A DNA stretch of 64,000 nucleotides from Cyanophora paradoxa CCMP329 (GCA_004431415.1 QPMI01000468.1:62001-126000), one strand, 5' to 3'. Shown: positions 1 through 10,625, counted from the first letter of the stretch. The notes: generated by a model not told the origin, from the letters alone. Translations and numbers: made by a program.

Positions 1-1
1 T

Positions 2-535
2 CGTTCAGGTGGAGCATTTATTGGTGGTGGTTGCAGAGTTTCAGGTCAACTCTCTTCTTCGATTGCATACAATGATGTCCCGGATTCCCTTGAACAAAAT
101 GTTGAAAATCCACAACGAATTCGGTTCTATACACCTGTTGCACAGCAACCTTTTCTTCACTTCTATGTTGCATCATCTGTCTCTCTTGAAAATTCAGAGT
201 TGGTTTCCATTACAGGAACTGATCGTGTGAGAAGGAATATTCCTCTTCCCACAGCAATGCTTTCGATGTGCAGAGCAAACAACAATCAACCAGGTCACAA
301 TTACCTATTCTTTGTTCAAGCATCAAATCATTTCGGTCGGGGATATTGTGTATATAACAATTTGACATTTACTTATGATTTGTTTGTCACTGAGGTAGGA
401 GTTTACAATACTATGATTATGGGACTGAGAACAGATATAGCAGCTGTTTCGGCACTTCGTGGTGTGAATGTTGCTGATATCTTTACAACCGGATTTTACC
501 AGGAGCCAGATGTTATTGACGATCCAACACCTTAA
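2..535 (+). CDS. Viral fibre/spike-like protein, C-terminal part (5' truncated); paralogue of 559-1389
   Basis: Frame 2 is open from base 2 (RSGGAFIGGGCRVSGQL...NPQRIRFYTP...NHFGRGY...GVYNTMIMGLRTD). The ORF track starts it only at 200. It aligns by eye with the next ORF. Confidence 0.7.
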   Translation, partial: RSGGAFIGGGCRVSGQLSSSIAYNDVPDSLEQNVENPQRIRFYTPVAQQPFLHFYVASSVSLENSELVSITGTDRVRRNIPLPTAMLSMCRANNNQPGHNYLFFVQASNHFGRGYCVYNNLTFTYDLFVTEVGVYNTMIMGLRTDIAAVSALRGVNVADIFTTGFYQEPDVIDDPTP

Positions 536-558
536 ATTATATATTACTTAAATGTAAA

Positions 559-1389
559 ATGGCTGAAATTCCAATAGAGCGTATTGTTACGGCACAGCTC
601 TCACTATCTGCACCAGCAAATCACGTTCTACAACACGCTTGTTTTGATGATGTGGAAGGTCTTGAATCAACAGAAGTTCAGCCAACAATGAATACCTTCG
701 GATCTACACATAAACTTCGATTGCAGGAACTCCGATGTGATAAAAATAATGGTATAGTTAAGACAACGAAACTTCTTGTCACAAATGCAAATTTTAGCGC
801 AAATTATGGCGATCCAGACAGCTATAGCTCCCCTATTTCGACTTATTCTTTCGAATCTCGTTCTGGAGCTATTAACTGTCGAAATGGCGGCGCATATATT
901 GGTGATGGTCTTCGAGTTGGGGGAACGATCGGAGCCCCTCTCTTCGTGAACGACACGCCAAACCCGATCGACAATCTGACGCGGATTCGCACCTATGTCC
1001 CCGGTATGAATGCCCCCTATATAATCAAGATATTCCCCATTGTTGTTAATGAGCAAACATCAGTAGTTGATTCTCTGGTTGAAATTGGTGATCATTATAA
1101 GGTAGTTGTCGATATTCCACCGGACATCTACGCACTCTGTCAGGTAGAAGGTGGGACACCCAATATTACGGTGGTAATAACTCCTTACGATAATTTCGGT
1201 ATTGCATATCATGGTGTAAATTTCGGATTAGAAGATTATCAGTTTTTAGTAAGAGCTACCAGGTTTGGTATCTACAAATGCATCCTTTATGCTGAACGAA
1301 CCGATGCTATTGCTAAACAGAACACATATGCAGAATATGTTGGTACAAACAGGTATTTTCCTATATTCGGCAGCGATACGGCTCCATAG
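559..1389 (+). CDS. Viral fibre/spike-like protein with putative C-terminal chaperone-like domain
   Basis: Intact 276-aa ATG ORF. Has a GGAYIGDGLRVGG fibre-type motif and a C-terminal ITPYDNFGIAY...GIYKCILYAERTD segment that resembles C-termini I recall from virophage/PLV/giant-virus fibres. Confidence 0.65.
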   Translation: MAEIPIERIVTAQLSLSAPANHVLQHACFDDVEGLESTEVQPTMNTFGSTHKLRLQELRCDKNNGIVKTTKLLVTNANFSANYGDPDSYSSPISTYSFESRSGAINCRNGGAYIGDGLRVGGTIGAPLFVNDTPNPIDNLTRIRTYVPGMNAPYIIKIFPIVVNEQTSVVDSLVEIGDHYKVVVDIPPDIYALCQVEGGTPNITVVITPYDNFGIAYHGVNFGLEDYQFLVRATRFGIYKCILYAERTDAIAKQNTYAEYVGTNRYFPIFGSDTAP

Positions 1390-1427
1390 CCGCATTCCTT
1401 TGTTTTTTTATATTTTTCCATTAATAG

Positions 1428-1751
1428 ATGGATTTGCTTCGAAAATTATTGGATATGTTCCATCTCAACGTCACCAGCAAATTGAATTGTAGTTGCTGTG
1501 AGACGACCATTAATCTCGAAATATCGGACACTGAGGGCTCTCGAACCCCAGAAACTCAGGTATCGCCTATTAACACACCCAGGACTTCTAGGTCCAATTC
1601 TCCATTTACTCGAACTGATTCACCTGTACCTTGGCTTGATGAAGGCCGAAGATTGTCGTGGCCTCCCCCAGATATCCCAAAGCCGCTGAAAAGAAAAAAG
1701 TCCTTGCTATCAAGTTTCAGAAAGGAGAAGCAATCCGATCTAGTGGAATGA
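1428..1751 (+). CDS. Small viral hypothetical protein (CSCC motif, Ser/Thr/Pro-rich, basic PLKRKK patch)
   Basis: 107-aa ATG ORF following an AT-rich spacer, co-oriented with the fibre genes. Confidence 0.55.
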   Translation: MDLLRKLLDMFHLNVTSKLNCSCCETTINLEISDTEGSRTPETQVSPINTPRTSRSNSPFTRTDSPVPWLDEGRRLSWPPPDIPKPLKRKKSLLSSFRKEKQSDLVE

Positions 1752-1796
1752 GGCCGCACCAGAGCGCTCTTTGGGCCCGTCCTTACGTGCGGCTAT

Positions 1797-2498
1797 AGCT
1801 TAACGCTTTTTCCTCGTTTAGCTTCTCTGTACACATCAATTACATCTAGCTAGAGCTTAACACGTTTCCTCGTTTAGCTTCTCTGTACTCATTAATATCG
1901 TCTAGAATTATCCTAAACCTGTTTCCTCTGTTAGCTTCTCTGTACACATCAATATCGTCTAGACTATTCTGCCACGTTCGTCTGCAGACCGCGCTCATGG
2001 GGGCAGCGCTCCTCTTCGCCTATTCTTGTTGTCAGCTCTGCCCTGAATAGTCGTTAGATATTGCTTGGCTTCCACCTTAACGTCTGTCTCCCATAGTATC
2101 GGACATCAACGCGGAAAAAAACGCGAGAGACACCACCGCGGTGGCCGCGAGAGAGGTTGTGAGGGGATGGTGGTGGCGGTTTCCCGGTGGGCCACCGCTT
2201 CTCTGTACACAGCAATATCGTCTAGACTATTCTGAAAAAAACGCTAGAGACACCACCGCGCGGCCTCTTCGTCTATTCTAGTTGTCAGCTCTGCCTTGTA
2301 TAGTCGTTAGATATTGCTTGGCTTCCACCTTCGGAATAGAACTGTAGACGTTGCTCGGGGTGGTGCTAGACGTAACGATAGAGCTGGGTCGGAGGGATAG
2401 CGGGGTAGACGTTACGACTGGTGCAGCGAGAGAGGTGTTAGGGGATGGGGGTGGCAGTTTCCGGGTGGGCCATCTGGGTGGGGTCTCTCTCGTTTTTT
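1797..2498. repeat. Modular terminal repeat region of the viral element (probable TIR)
   Basis: Three degenerate 56-57-bp tandem units (1797, 1854, 1910) followed by duplicated modules: 1933-1971/2197-2234, 2011-2078/2264-2331, 2114-2140/2234-2260, 2147-2194/2426-2472. An inverted copy of one module sits at 2477-2498. Confidence 0.85.
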
Positions 2499-3005
2499 AA
2501 TAACACTCGGTTAAGAGCTCAGAGCTGGATCGGGAGATGAGCAGACTCGTCATTTTGTGAGTTACCGAAAACGGGGGCCCTACCCCGTTTCCAAAAAGAC
2601 TTTCCTCAGTGTAAGTTCGCACTCTCCAATGTGATTGGCTAGCGCGCGCGGCGTCCTCCCACGCGACCGCGCTCGCGCCTGGCCTAGCTCTCGCAGAACG
2701 GAATGTCGGGCATGATGCGCGCAACGACCTCGAACTGGTCTGTCCCGTACATCTGCTCCCTGTGCGTCGCTGGACCCATTTTTGTCCCGGGTGTTGGTGC
2801 CTGTTCCTGGATCACCCTTTGGTCGGACGGGACCGGGATACATGGTTTCGGGATCCCCTTGTGATGGGCTTTCAGGATATACCGCGCGGCCCGGGTTTTG
2901 CGGAGGTCGGGGAAATGGGATTTGGGGTAGGGTTGGGCCCGAGGGACAGGGACAGGGGAAGTGATTTTCCCTTCCCCAATCAATGCCTATGCCTAGTGGA
3001 GTCGG

Positions 3006-5758
3006 CTACCCAGCGAACACGGCGATGCGCGTCTTGATGGGGGTGCGGCAGACGGGGCAGAGGAAGGGCGGGCCCGGGAGCGCCGAGGAGCACGCCCCGC
3101 AGAGGTGGAGGTGCCTGCAGGGGAGGAGGAGCACGGAGGCCGGGTGGTGCGCGCAGACCTTGCAGCCCCGCGCCTCCTCCAGCGCCCGGATCTGTCGGAT
3201 GTAGGGGGGTGGTACGTGATTAATTATTAAAGGAGTCCGGCCGGTGGGGTACGGGATGAAGGAGGCGCCCGCGCTCGCCTGGTCGCGGAGGGCGGCGATG
3301 GCGCGCTCCGCCGCCTCGCGCTCCCGCCGGGCGGCGAGCTCCTCCCGCGCAGCCTGTACCCCCCCGCCCGTCGGCGAGGCGGCGCCGGTGCCGCGGCGCG
3401 CCGGCACGCACCCTAAGAGCCCCTTCTACGCGGGCGACCTGCGTACGCGGGTCGGAACGGGGCTGCTGAGAGGAGGGCCGGCGCGGGGTGGGGCGCACGT
3501 GCGCCTCCACTGCGGCTGTACCCTCCATCGCCGCGAGCGCTGCGCCGGACCTTCGGCGGGAAGGGGGTGGGTTGGGGGGAGGGGAGGGGACCAGCGGGGT
3601 CGCCGGCGAGGCGGGCCGCCTCGGCGCGGGCGGCGGCGAGCTCGCCCCGCAGCGCCCCCGCCTCCGCCTCCGCCCCCCGCGAGGCCCGCCAGAACGCGTC
3701 CTGTACCCCGCTTCGGCGAGAGAGGGGGGTATATGACGTCACAGGGGAGGGGGGTAGGCGATGAAAAGGTGGCACCCGCTCCTCCTCGAGGGCGCGCCGC
3801 GCCTCGTCGGGGCTCCCGCCGGGCGAGCTGCCTGCGCCGGCCGCCGCGAGGGCCGCGTACCTCTCCCTCAGCAGCGCCGCGGCCAGGCCGCCCCCCGCCG
3901 CCGAGAGGGCCTGCGGGGCACCGGATTCGAAGACGTGAGCGGGGGGGGGGGAAGAAACGAGGCCGGGGTACGCGGACGATGAGGGCGAGGGAGGCAGCGG
4001 TGCGGTCCGGGGAGCGGGCAAGGGCCCGGACGGCCTCGAGGTGGCGCGCGCTGCCCCGCAGCTGCGCCGGCCGCTTGTGCGCAACGTTTGCGAAGCAGAA
4101 GGCCGCGAAGGACCGGATGGGCGGCAGCGCCGAGCGCGCCGCGGCGGCCATAAACTCTGCACGAGCGCGCCCCTCGCGTGAGGCGCGGGGCGCCCGGCGA
4201 GCTGGGGGGGGAGAGGGCGTCTTAGCCCGGCGCCGGACGCAGACCCAGAGCAATGTCTGCGGCAGGGGGACGGGTCGGGTCGTAGGTCGGGAAGGGGCTA
4301 GCGCGCAGGGGCGGCGGACCGAGCCAGTCGTACGCCGTACCCTCCGTGGCGGCGTCGTGGGTGAGAACGTAGTCCTCCACTCTAAAGGGCGGGTTAGAGT
4401 GAGAGGGGAGAATGCGGGCGGGCGGGGCGTGGGGACGGGTACGTGTGCGAACGAACCGCGAGAGGAGGGCGGGCCGGGCGGCAATGGCGGCGGCGGGGCC
4501 GGGGTCCGAGGCGCACGCGAGGGACGCCGCGAGGTAGCACGCCTCGAACGCCACTGTACCCCCGGTCATCCTCGGGTTAGGGGGGGGGGCTGGGTAGGAG
4601 GGAGGGGGGTAGAGGGCACCGTGGTGGTCGGGGTGGGCGGCGAGGCGCTCGAGGAGGGGTAGGGCCCCCGCGTCGACGACCGCCCCCCTGCCGCCCCGTG
4701 AGCAGGGGAGGGGGGGAGGAAGGGGGAGGGGGTACCGAAGCCGATCGCACTCGGCCACGTTGCAGAGGGTGACGAGGGCGTGCAGGGCTCCCCGCACCCC
4801 CCCGGCCCCGCACCCCTCGAGCCGCCACGCGAGCTGCACCCGTACCCGCCCCGCTAAGGAATCGCAGCGGCGTCCAGGGGGGTACGGTGCGGGGCGCACG
4901 TCGGCGAGGAGGGGTAGGCCGCCCCCGCCAGCGAGGGCGGCCTGCACGGGCGCCGCGTTCGCCAGGCTCAGAACGCACTGCCGGGCCGTCAGAAGAGGGA
5001 GGGGAAGGGGGGTACGGGCCGGGCCGGGCCCGCCTCGAGGGTGTCCTCAAGCCAGGGCCAGAGGGCGGGCGACGAGGGGCGGGCGGCGCGCGTCGCGGCG
5101 GCCTGCGGGTCGGACATGAGCTCCTCGAGCGCGGCGTAGGGCGCCGCCGCCCGCCGCCGCTCCCCCTCGGGGCCCCGCTCCATCGCCTGCGCGCCGCGGC
5201 GCGCGCTCAATAAAGATCCGATAGAGCCGCCCGCGAGGAACGAAGGCTCTCGGAGTGGGCCTCCTCCTCACCTGAAGAGCGTCCCTGCCGAGCGTCTCCG
5301 CGGCCGCGACGGCTTCGGGCGGCAGCGGCGGGTACGGCGCCTCCTCCGGCCTGTGCGCGGCCCGAGCGGCGTGAGAGGGAGGCCGCGGCTCTTGAGGAAT
5401 CGATTGGACGGCGCGCATATGCATGCGCTGCGCACTCGTCGTGGTCCTCGGCGGGTAGGGGCTCGTCGAGCTCGTAAGCGTGCAGCTGCTCCTCCAGCTC
5501 GAGCGCCCGTGGCCTCCTCACAGACACCGTCGCCGTCTCCACGATGCTGCGCGCCCTGCTGTGCCGCGCGCTCCTCTCCGCGAGCAGCTGCAGCGCCGCC
5601 AGCTCGGGCGACTCGGCGTCTTGCGCCTGCTCTGAAGCATCCAGCGTGATGCTGGTTCTGCCGCTGGGCAACAGCTGCAGCTCTGCCGCGTCCGCGAGCG
5701 TGATGACGGTCCTCGAGCTGGCCATGGAGCGTTCGTTCTGCTCGCGCTCGCCCTCCAT
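3006..5758 (-). CDS. Multi-exon RING-finger (C3HC4, IAP/Mdm2-like) E3 ubiquitin ligase with ARM-like helical region and coiled coil
   Basis: Last exon encodes CKVC...VLLLPCRHLHLCGAC...CPVCRTPI then a stop. Upstream exons (ALHALVTLCNVAECDRLR, AVVDAGALPLLERLA, FAAFCFANVA) join through GT/GC-AG introns. Confidence 0.75.
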
Positions 5759-6044
5759 CACCCGTACCAGTTTCCGCGCCGTTGGGGGCTGCGAGGCTAA
5801 TACAGCGGTGCAGCGCGCCTTGCTCGTCGCTCGGGTGCGATGCCGGCGCCGTGCGCTGCGTGCGCAGCTGGGGGGGGGGGGCTAGTATGCGAAGACTAAC
5901 TGGTCTTTCTGTACCCGTGAAGCCGGGCATGGAGCTCGAGGCACCGGACGCAGCGGCCGCTGGCCCTGAAACTCGTCAAATTGAATTCGTCATCCGTTCC
6001 AGCAGGAGGGCCGCGCTGTCTCTCTCATTCCTCGACCGTGCTAG

Positions 6045-7085
6045 CTAGCACTGTCGATCCGGTTCCCGCAGCCACTGGCCTGCCTGCGCCTGATTCGACC
6101 AGGCGAAGTGCGTGTGATGCGCATGCAGCACTGCGGCGTGCCTCCGGGGATCGCCTTCGACCCGCCTCGCGGTTCCGTCCGACCCCTCGATCGTCAGGAC
6201 CGCCGGCATGCTGAACTCCGGCGGCAGGAAGATGCCCTCATCAATCTCCGGCTGGTCACGGGTCGAGCTCCCTGGCGAGCTTCGCGGCGGCTTCGCTTTA
6301 ACCTTGACTAGCTCGATTTCCCGGCTGTGCTCACGTTTCGCCAGGATGGCCCGGAATCTGGACCAAGCGTAGAGCTCGGCGCTGCACGGGTGGCGGACGT
6401 AGTCGCGCGCGTGCTTGTGGTGCGCATTCTGAACGAACTGTTTGTACCACGTGCAGACGTTCTGACTGTCCGTGTGCATGCGCAGCCGCAGACCTTTAGG
6501 CGCGAGCACGTCCGCGACGATCGCCGCCTGGAGCTCTGCCTTGTTGATCTCCTGGAGGCCGCGGAGCCGGCCGTACAGCGTGGTTTCCTCTCCTTCCGGA
6601 TTGAGGGGCGCAACATCCGGTGCGCGGGCCGGAATCACTATTCCAAACCCCGCTCGGGCATCCGCTGTCTGACCGGCCCCCAGGCTCCCGTCCGTCCAGA
6701 TGTTCAGCTTTCCTTCCGTCTCGGCGTACCGAGCGAGTTGTTCCGTCTCTGCCTTGGGCCACACTTCCAGCAGGTGCTGCCAGTAAAAGTTTTCGGTCCC
6801 GCCGTGCTGCAGATCGCGTGTCCATGTCGTGGGACCCCGCCCGTGTAGTAAAGGTCGCGTCGTTCCGCAGATTTCGACACGGGGCGGGCCTCGTCCCTCG
6901 GCTCAGCGCTCGGCGCCGCCGCCGCCGCCGCGTCCAAGGCTACGCGCAGGTCCTCCTCGGCCTCGGGGCTCAGCTCCTCGCGGAGGAAACGTGGGTCCTC
7001 GTCCTGGACCGCCTTCACGCGGGCCTGGCGGAGGAGCTGTTGGCGCCCCAGCCGGCGTGCCCGTCGATCGTCAGCGACACCTCTA
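6045..7085 (-). mobile_element. Non-LTR retrotransposon fragment encoding a degenerate RNase H
   Basis: Intron-free ORF with WTDGS, INKAELQA and HTDSQ catalytic motifs. The H..GNExAD segment after VKVKA is missing, and there is a frameshift upstream. Confidence 0.75.
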
Positions 7086-7089
7086 TATA

Positions 7090-8094
7090 TAGCTAGGCCT
7101 GCAGCCAACCCGATCTCCACGACGCCCCCCAGGCCGATCTCGAGCTCACCTATAGCCAGGCCCCAGAGTCCACAGGACAGTCCGCCGGCGCAAGTGCCCC
7201 CGCCTGACCCACCAGCGGCACAAGCCGATGGCACGGCAACAGTGCGGACGCGACGCCCGCGCCTCCTTCGAGAAATTCAAGAGTCGGCGGGATTCCGTGC
7301 AGCCCGAGACAATAATTCCGGACCCGGACCTCGCCCCCGCAGATCTAGAACAGCTGCAGCAGCTTCCTCCACCCCTGCTGCTGATCACGGTCACGCCCAG
7401 CGGCGGGACGGAGCGTCGTCCGCAGCCGCATCAGCTGTGCCCGAGCCTCTTCCCGAACCTCAAGACCGGCCTCCCCCACAAGACCGGCCGCCGCCCCGCC
7501 CTCCCCACCGAAGAGGCCCGGCCCTCGCCCCAGCCTCCTCCCCCGCACCCCCCCCCTCCTCCACCCTTCCTTTTATCGAAACGGGCCCTTCAGCTGCACC
7601 CTCCCCATCTCGCACCTCCAGCAACCTGTCCCATCTGTTCCCTGTCGCTCCACCGACACCGCCGCCTCCACCGCCTTCCACACCCGCTTCTCTGTCCTGC
7701 ACGGGAACACGCGAGGTACCACCGCGGAGATCTCCTCCCCTCTCTTCTCATCTTTGGTATTTCGCCGCGTGGCTTTAAACCCTGAGCTCGCCAGCCCAAC
7801 AATCTCCCCGGCCCCAGCCCCCTGCCACCTCTCTACCCCACCCCATCCGTGACCGGCCCTGGCCCGTCGCGGGGGGAGGCTCCAAGAGAGCCGCCTCAAG
7901 GGTAGAGGGGGTGGGGCTCGCAATAGGGTTTAGCCCTTGGGGCGCCTAGTCGGAGACCCAATAGTGGGGAGTAGACTAGGCTAAAGTATATTAGTTGGCC
8001 TAGGGTAGACCTAGGCCTAGGGTAGACAGAAAACGATGTTTTTTGTGTACCAGGGGCTCTGTCCCCTAATAAACTACGGAAAACTCAAAAAAAA
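7090..8094 (+). mobile_element. Probable 3' end of a non-LTR retrotransposon (low-complexity ORF end, structured 3' UTR, AATAAA, oligo-A)
   Basis: No introns. Nested inverted repeats at 7776-7932, AATAAA at 8068-8073 and A8 at 8087-8094. Confidence 0.45.
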
Positions 8095-8715
8095 GTGGAG
8101 TTACCAAATATACGAGGGCTTACGAAAAAAAACCCGGAGGGCGGTGGTGGCGCTGAGTCGCGGCTGACTCGGACTCGGAGAATAGCTGTACCCTGGTAGT
8201 ACACGTGCTCAGCCGTGGCGTACTGACGCCGACACCGGCCCCGGAGGCGACGCGGGCGAGGCCTAGGGTGTCGGCGCTTGAGCTCGAGCAAGCGGCCTGC
8301 AGGAGCGTCCGCGCCGCGTCGACCTGCCCGAATGAGGTGAAGGTGAGCCCGCAGGAGCGACCGGGCGGGTACTTGGCGGGCCCAGACAGATAAAAGGGGC
8401 GGGCGTCCTCCCTCTAGCCACCCTCGAGCACGTGGGAGGGCGCTTCTAGCCTAAGAGCCCACCCTCTAGTCGCCTAGCCGGGTCCCCTCTACACGGACCT
8501 GGCCCTCGCGCCCAGCGACGCCGCGCCCGCATCCTTGGCGGCCGCCGGCAGCGGCCCGGCGCCGTTCTGCTCCAGAAACCGACGCTTGGCGGACTCTACG
8601 GGGCCGAATTGCAAGCGGAGCCGAGGCGTAGTACGAGAGGGCCCCGGGGGGCGGGGGGCACACGGAGGGGGCCTTGCAGAAGGGGAGGGGGCCGTGCAGG
8701 GGCCCTCCAGGCGGG

Positions 8716-9155
8716 TCAGGACGAGGGGCAGGCCCCGAGGCAGTCTTCGAGGTGCATCTCCAGCTCAAACGAGGGAGAGAAAGAGGGGAGCGTGCCATTG
8801 GAGGCGAGCTCGGCAATGTGGCGGAGGGCCGAGAGCTGCCCCCTGCGGCTGATTGCCTCCATGACCTCCTCTGGTCGGCCCCGCCGATGCCCGCGGCGGG
8901 CCCGGGGGGCCTCCGGGGCCGGGGCGAGCCCGACGGCGATCTGGCCGCCCTCGAGCTCCGCGTTCTTGGCGAGCCGCCGCACGAGCGCGAGGCGCGTGCC
9001 GTCCAGCTCCCGCCGCGCCGAGCCCGGCCGCAGGTCACGCTCCCCGTGCGCGGGAAGCTGCGAAAGGAGTCCGAGTCATAGAGACCGAATTTCGAAGTGG
9101 ATGGAGGCCCGGCGGTCCAGCTCCCCCGCGGCCGCGCCTCTTGGCAGCGAGCCTG
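8716..9155 (-). pseudogene. Hypothetical gene fragment
   Basis: Host-like codon usage (ELDGTRLALVRRLAKNAELEGGQIAV) with splice-like flanks. No recognisable domain and no clean gene model. Confidence 0.2.
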
Positions 9156-9615
9156 CAGATGACGGTTAGAGGCAGGGACTGGGCGAGAGAAGATACTATG
9201 ACAGCCCAGCGATCGGGCGGGAGAAGAAGCAGCGCTTAGAGGAACACAGCGCCCCCTATCTGAGCTCCCCCTATCCGATCCCCTATGACTTGCTTGACGA
9301 CCGGCGCACAGGAACAGGAAGGGCGAAGCTCGCCGCCGCATGGGCCTACGCGGGTTTCTCAGTTGCTCATCCCCGATCGCAATCTCGCATGCCCGGGGTT
9401 CAATTCTTGCGCGCAGGTCGCGCTAACCTGCAATTTCACTGCGGGTCGCCGCCCGCAGCGCACCGGGTTGCGCTAGACGGGGGTAGAGCTCGCTTCGTTC
9501 GCGACAGTCCTCTCCTGTCAAGCCGCTCCCCTTCCTGGAATCCTGGTCCGTCAATATGGTGCGTAGGCGCGGCATGCTCTCTCATTCTTGCATTGACCAC
9601 TCGCCGCAGAGCAAA

Positions 9616-10129
9616 ATGCGTGCTCTCGCATGGGGCCACATTCCGCACAGGAATCTCGTGCGAGGCGCGCCTGTGCGCTTTTCCCGTTCCTGTACCTGGC
9701 TGAGAGCAAGCAGGGGTGAGCTCTTCATCGGGGGGCGCGGCGAACGGCGGCCTCGACCCTGCCGTATCCAAGAGCGCTAGCGCCGTCAGCTTCATAGATC
9801 CGCGATTCGTCGGGGGGCTAGTTCTTATTGGCATCGGTGGTGTGGTTGATCACATATTCGTGGTGCGTGGGCTTCTGGATACGAAGCGCGAGAAGGACCT
9901 CGAGAAGATCGCGGAGGCCGTGAAGGACGTTGGCGTGAAGATCGACAAGCAGTCGGAGCGCATCGACAAGCAGTCGGAGCGCATCGACAAGCAGTCGGAG
10001 CGCTTCGACAAGCAGTCGGAGCGCTTCGACAAGCAGTCGGAGCGCATTGACCGCATTCTCGACCTCCTGGCCGGCGGGTGCGGCGGCCGGCCATCGCACG
10101 ATGACGGTGGCGGCGGCGCCCGCGCCTAA
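9616..10129 (+). CDS. Small putative mitochondrial membrane protein with perfect heptad repeats
   Basis: ATG at 9616 and a GC-AG intron at 9665-9713 give MRALAWGHIPHRNLVRGVSSSS (presequence-like), then hydrophobic FVGGLVLIGIGGVV, then (I/F)DKQSER x5. Confidence 0.55.
9941..10045 (+). repeat. 21-bp tandem repeat x5 (WTCGACAAGCAGTCGGAGCGC)
   Basis: Directly visible; in frame within the CDS. Confidence 0.95.
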
Positions 10130-10524
10130 CATCGCTCTCCTCGACGCTGGTGCGAAGCTCAAAAATCAGTGCATGTAGTTCCTTCGTTTCCGGATCATAA
10201 CGAATGAATCGCAGCCACTTCCGACTGCCAACATCCGATGTACAGTCCCCCGCTCCCCTTCTGGCGTTGGACAGTCGCCCTCCCCTTGACCGCCCTGCCC
10301 CCGGCTACCGCTTTGATCTGATCATCGTGCACGCTGCTCTAGTCTCCACGAGCCATAGAAACAGGGGCCGGGACGACCAGGGGATCGGAAGGGACGGCAA
10401 TAAGCCCCTGCGAGAGGGGCCTAGTCGAGCTGGGGCCTAAGAGAGCACTTCAATGAATTCGGATCTAGAGTAATCGCTATCTCGGGGGTCCGACGGTCGG
10501 CTCTAGCTATATAGAGAGAGCCAC

Positions 10525-10625
10525 GAGGAGGTATCCGGGCCACCCATCAGGTCCAACGAAAAACGAGGATCTAGGAGGTATCCGGACCACCCATCAAGCC
10601 CAACGAAAAACGAGGATCTAGGAGG
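10525..10625. repeat. ~48-bp tandem duplication near the breakpoint of the duplicated gene
   Basis: AGGAGGTATCCGG..CACCCATCA..CCAACGAAAAACGAGGATCT occurs twice. Confidence 0.85.

Larger units (their letters stand above)
1..2507. mobile_element. Right end of an endogenous DNA virus (Polinton-like virus/virophage-like), truncated by the window start
   Basis: Clearly AT-richer than the host DNA that follows. Compact intron-free co-oriented ORFs with short AT-rich spacers, fibre-like proteins, then ~750 bp of non-coding repeats. Capsid, ATPase and integrase genes are not in the window, so the class is inferred. The exact end is uncertain (2498-2507). Confidence 0.7.

Noticed and set aside
1797-1971. 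CRISPR-like repeat-spacer array
   Set aside because: The intervening parts are short (~15 bp) and resemble each other, so these are degenerate tandem units. There are no cas genes and the context is eukaryotic/viral.
1850-1999. ~50-aa minus-strand ORF with a 19-aa repeat (LDDIDVYREANRG/LDDINEYREAKRG)
   Set aside because: It follows from the 57-bp period, and the next unit is out of frame. No independent evidence of coding.
3244-4662. Long Arg/Gly/Pro-rich ORFs in the six-frame track, here and throughout the GC-rich part
   Set aside because: These are antisense or off-frame read-throughs caused by stop-codon scarcity at high GC. The real genes are spliced.
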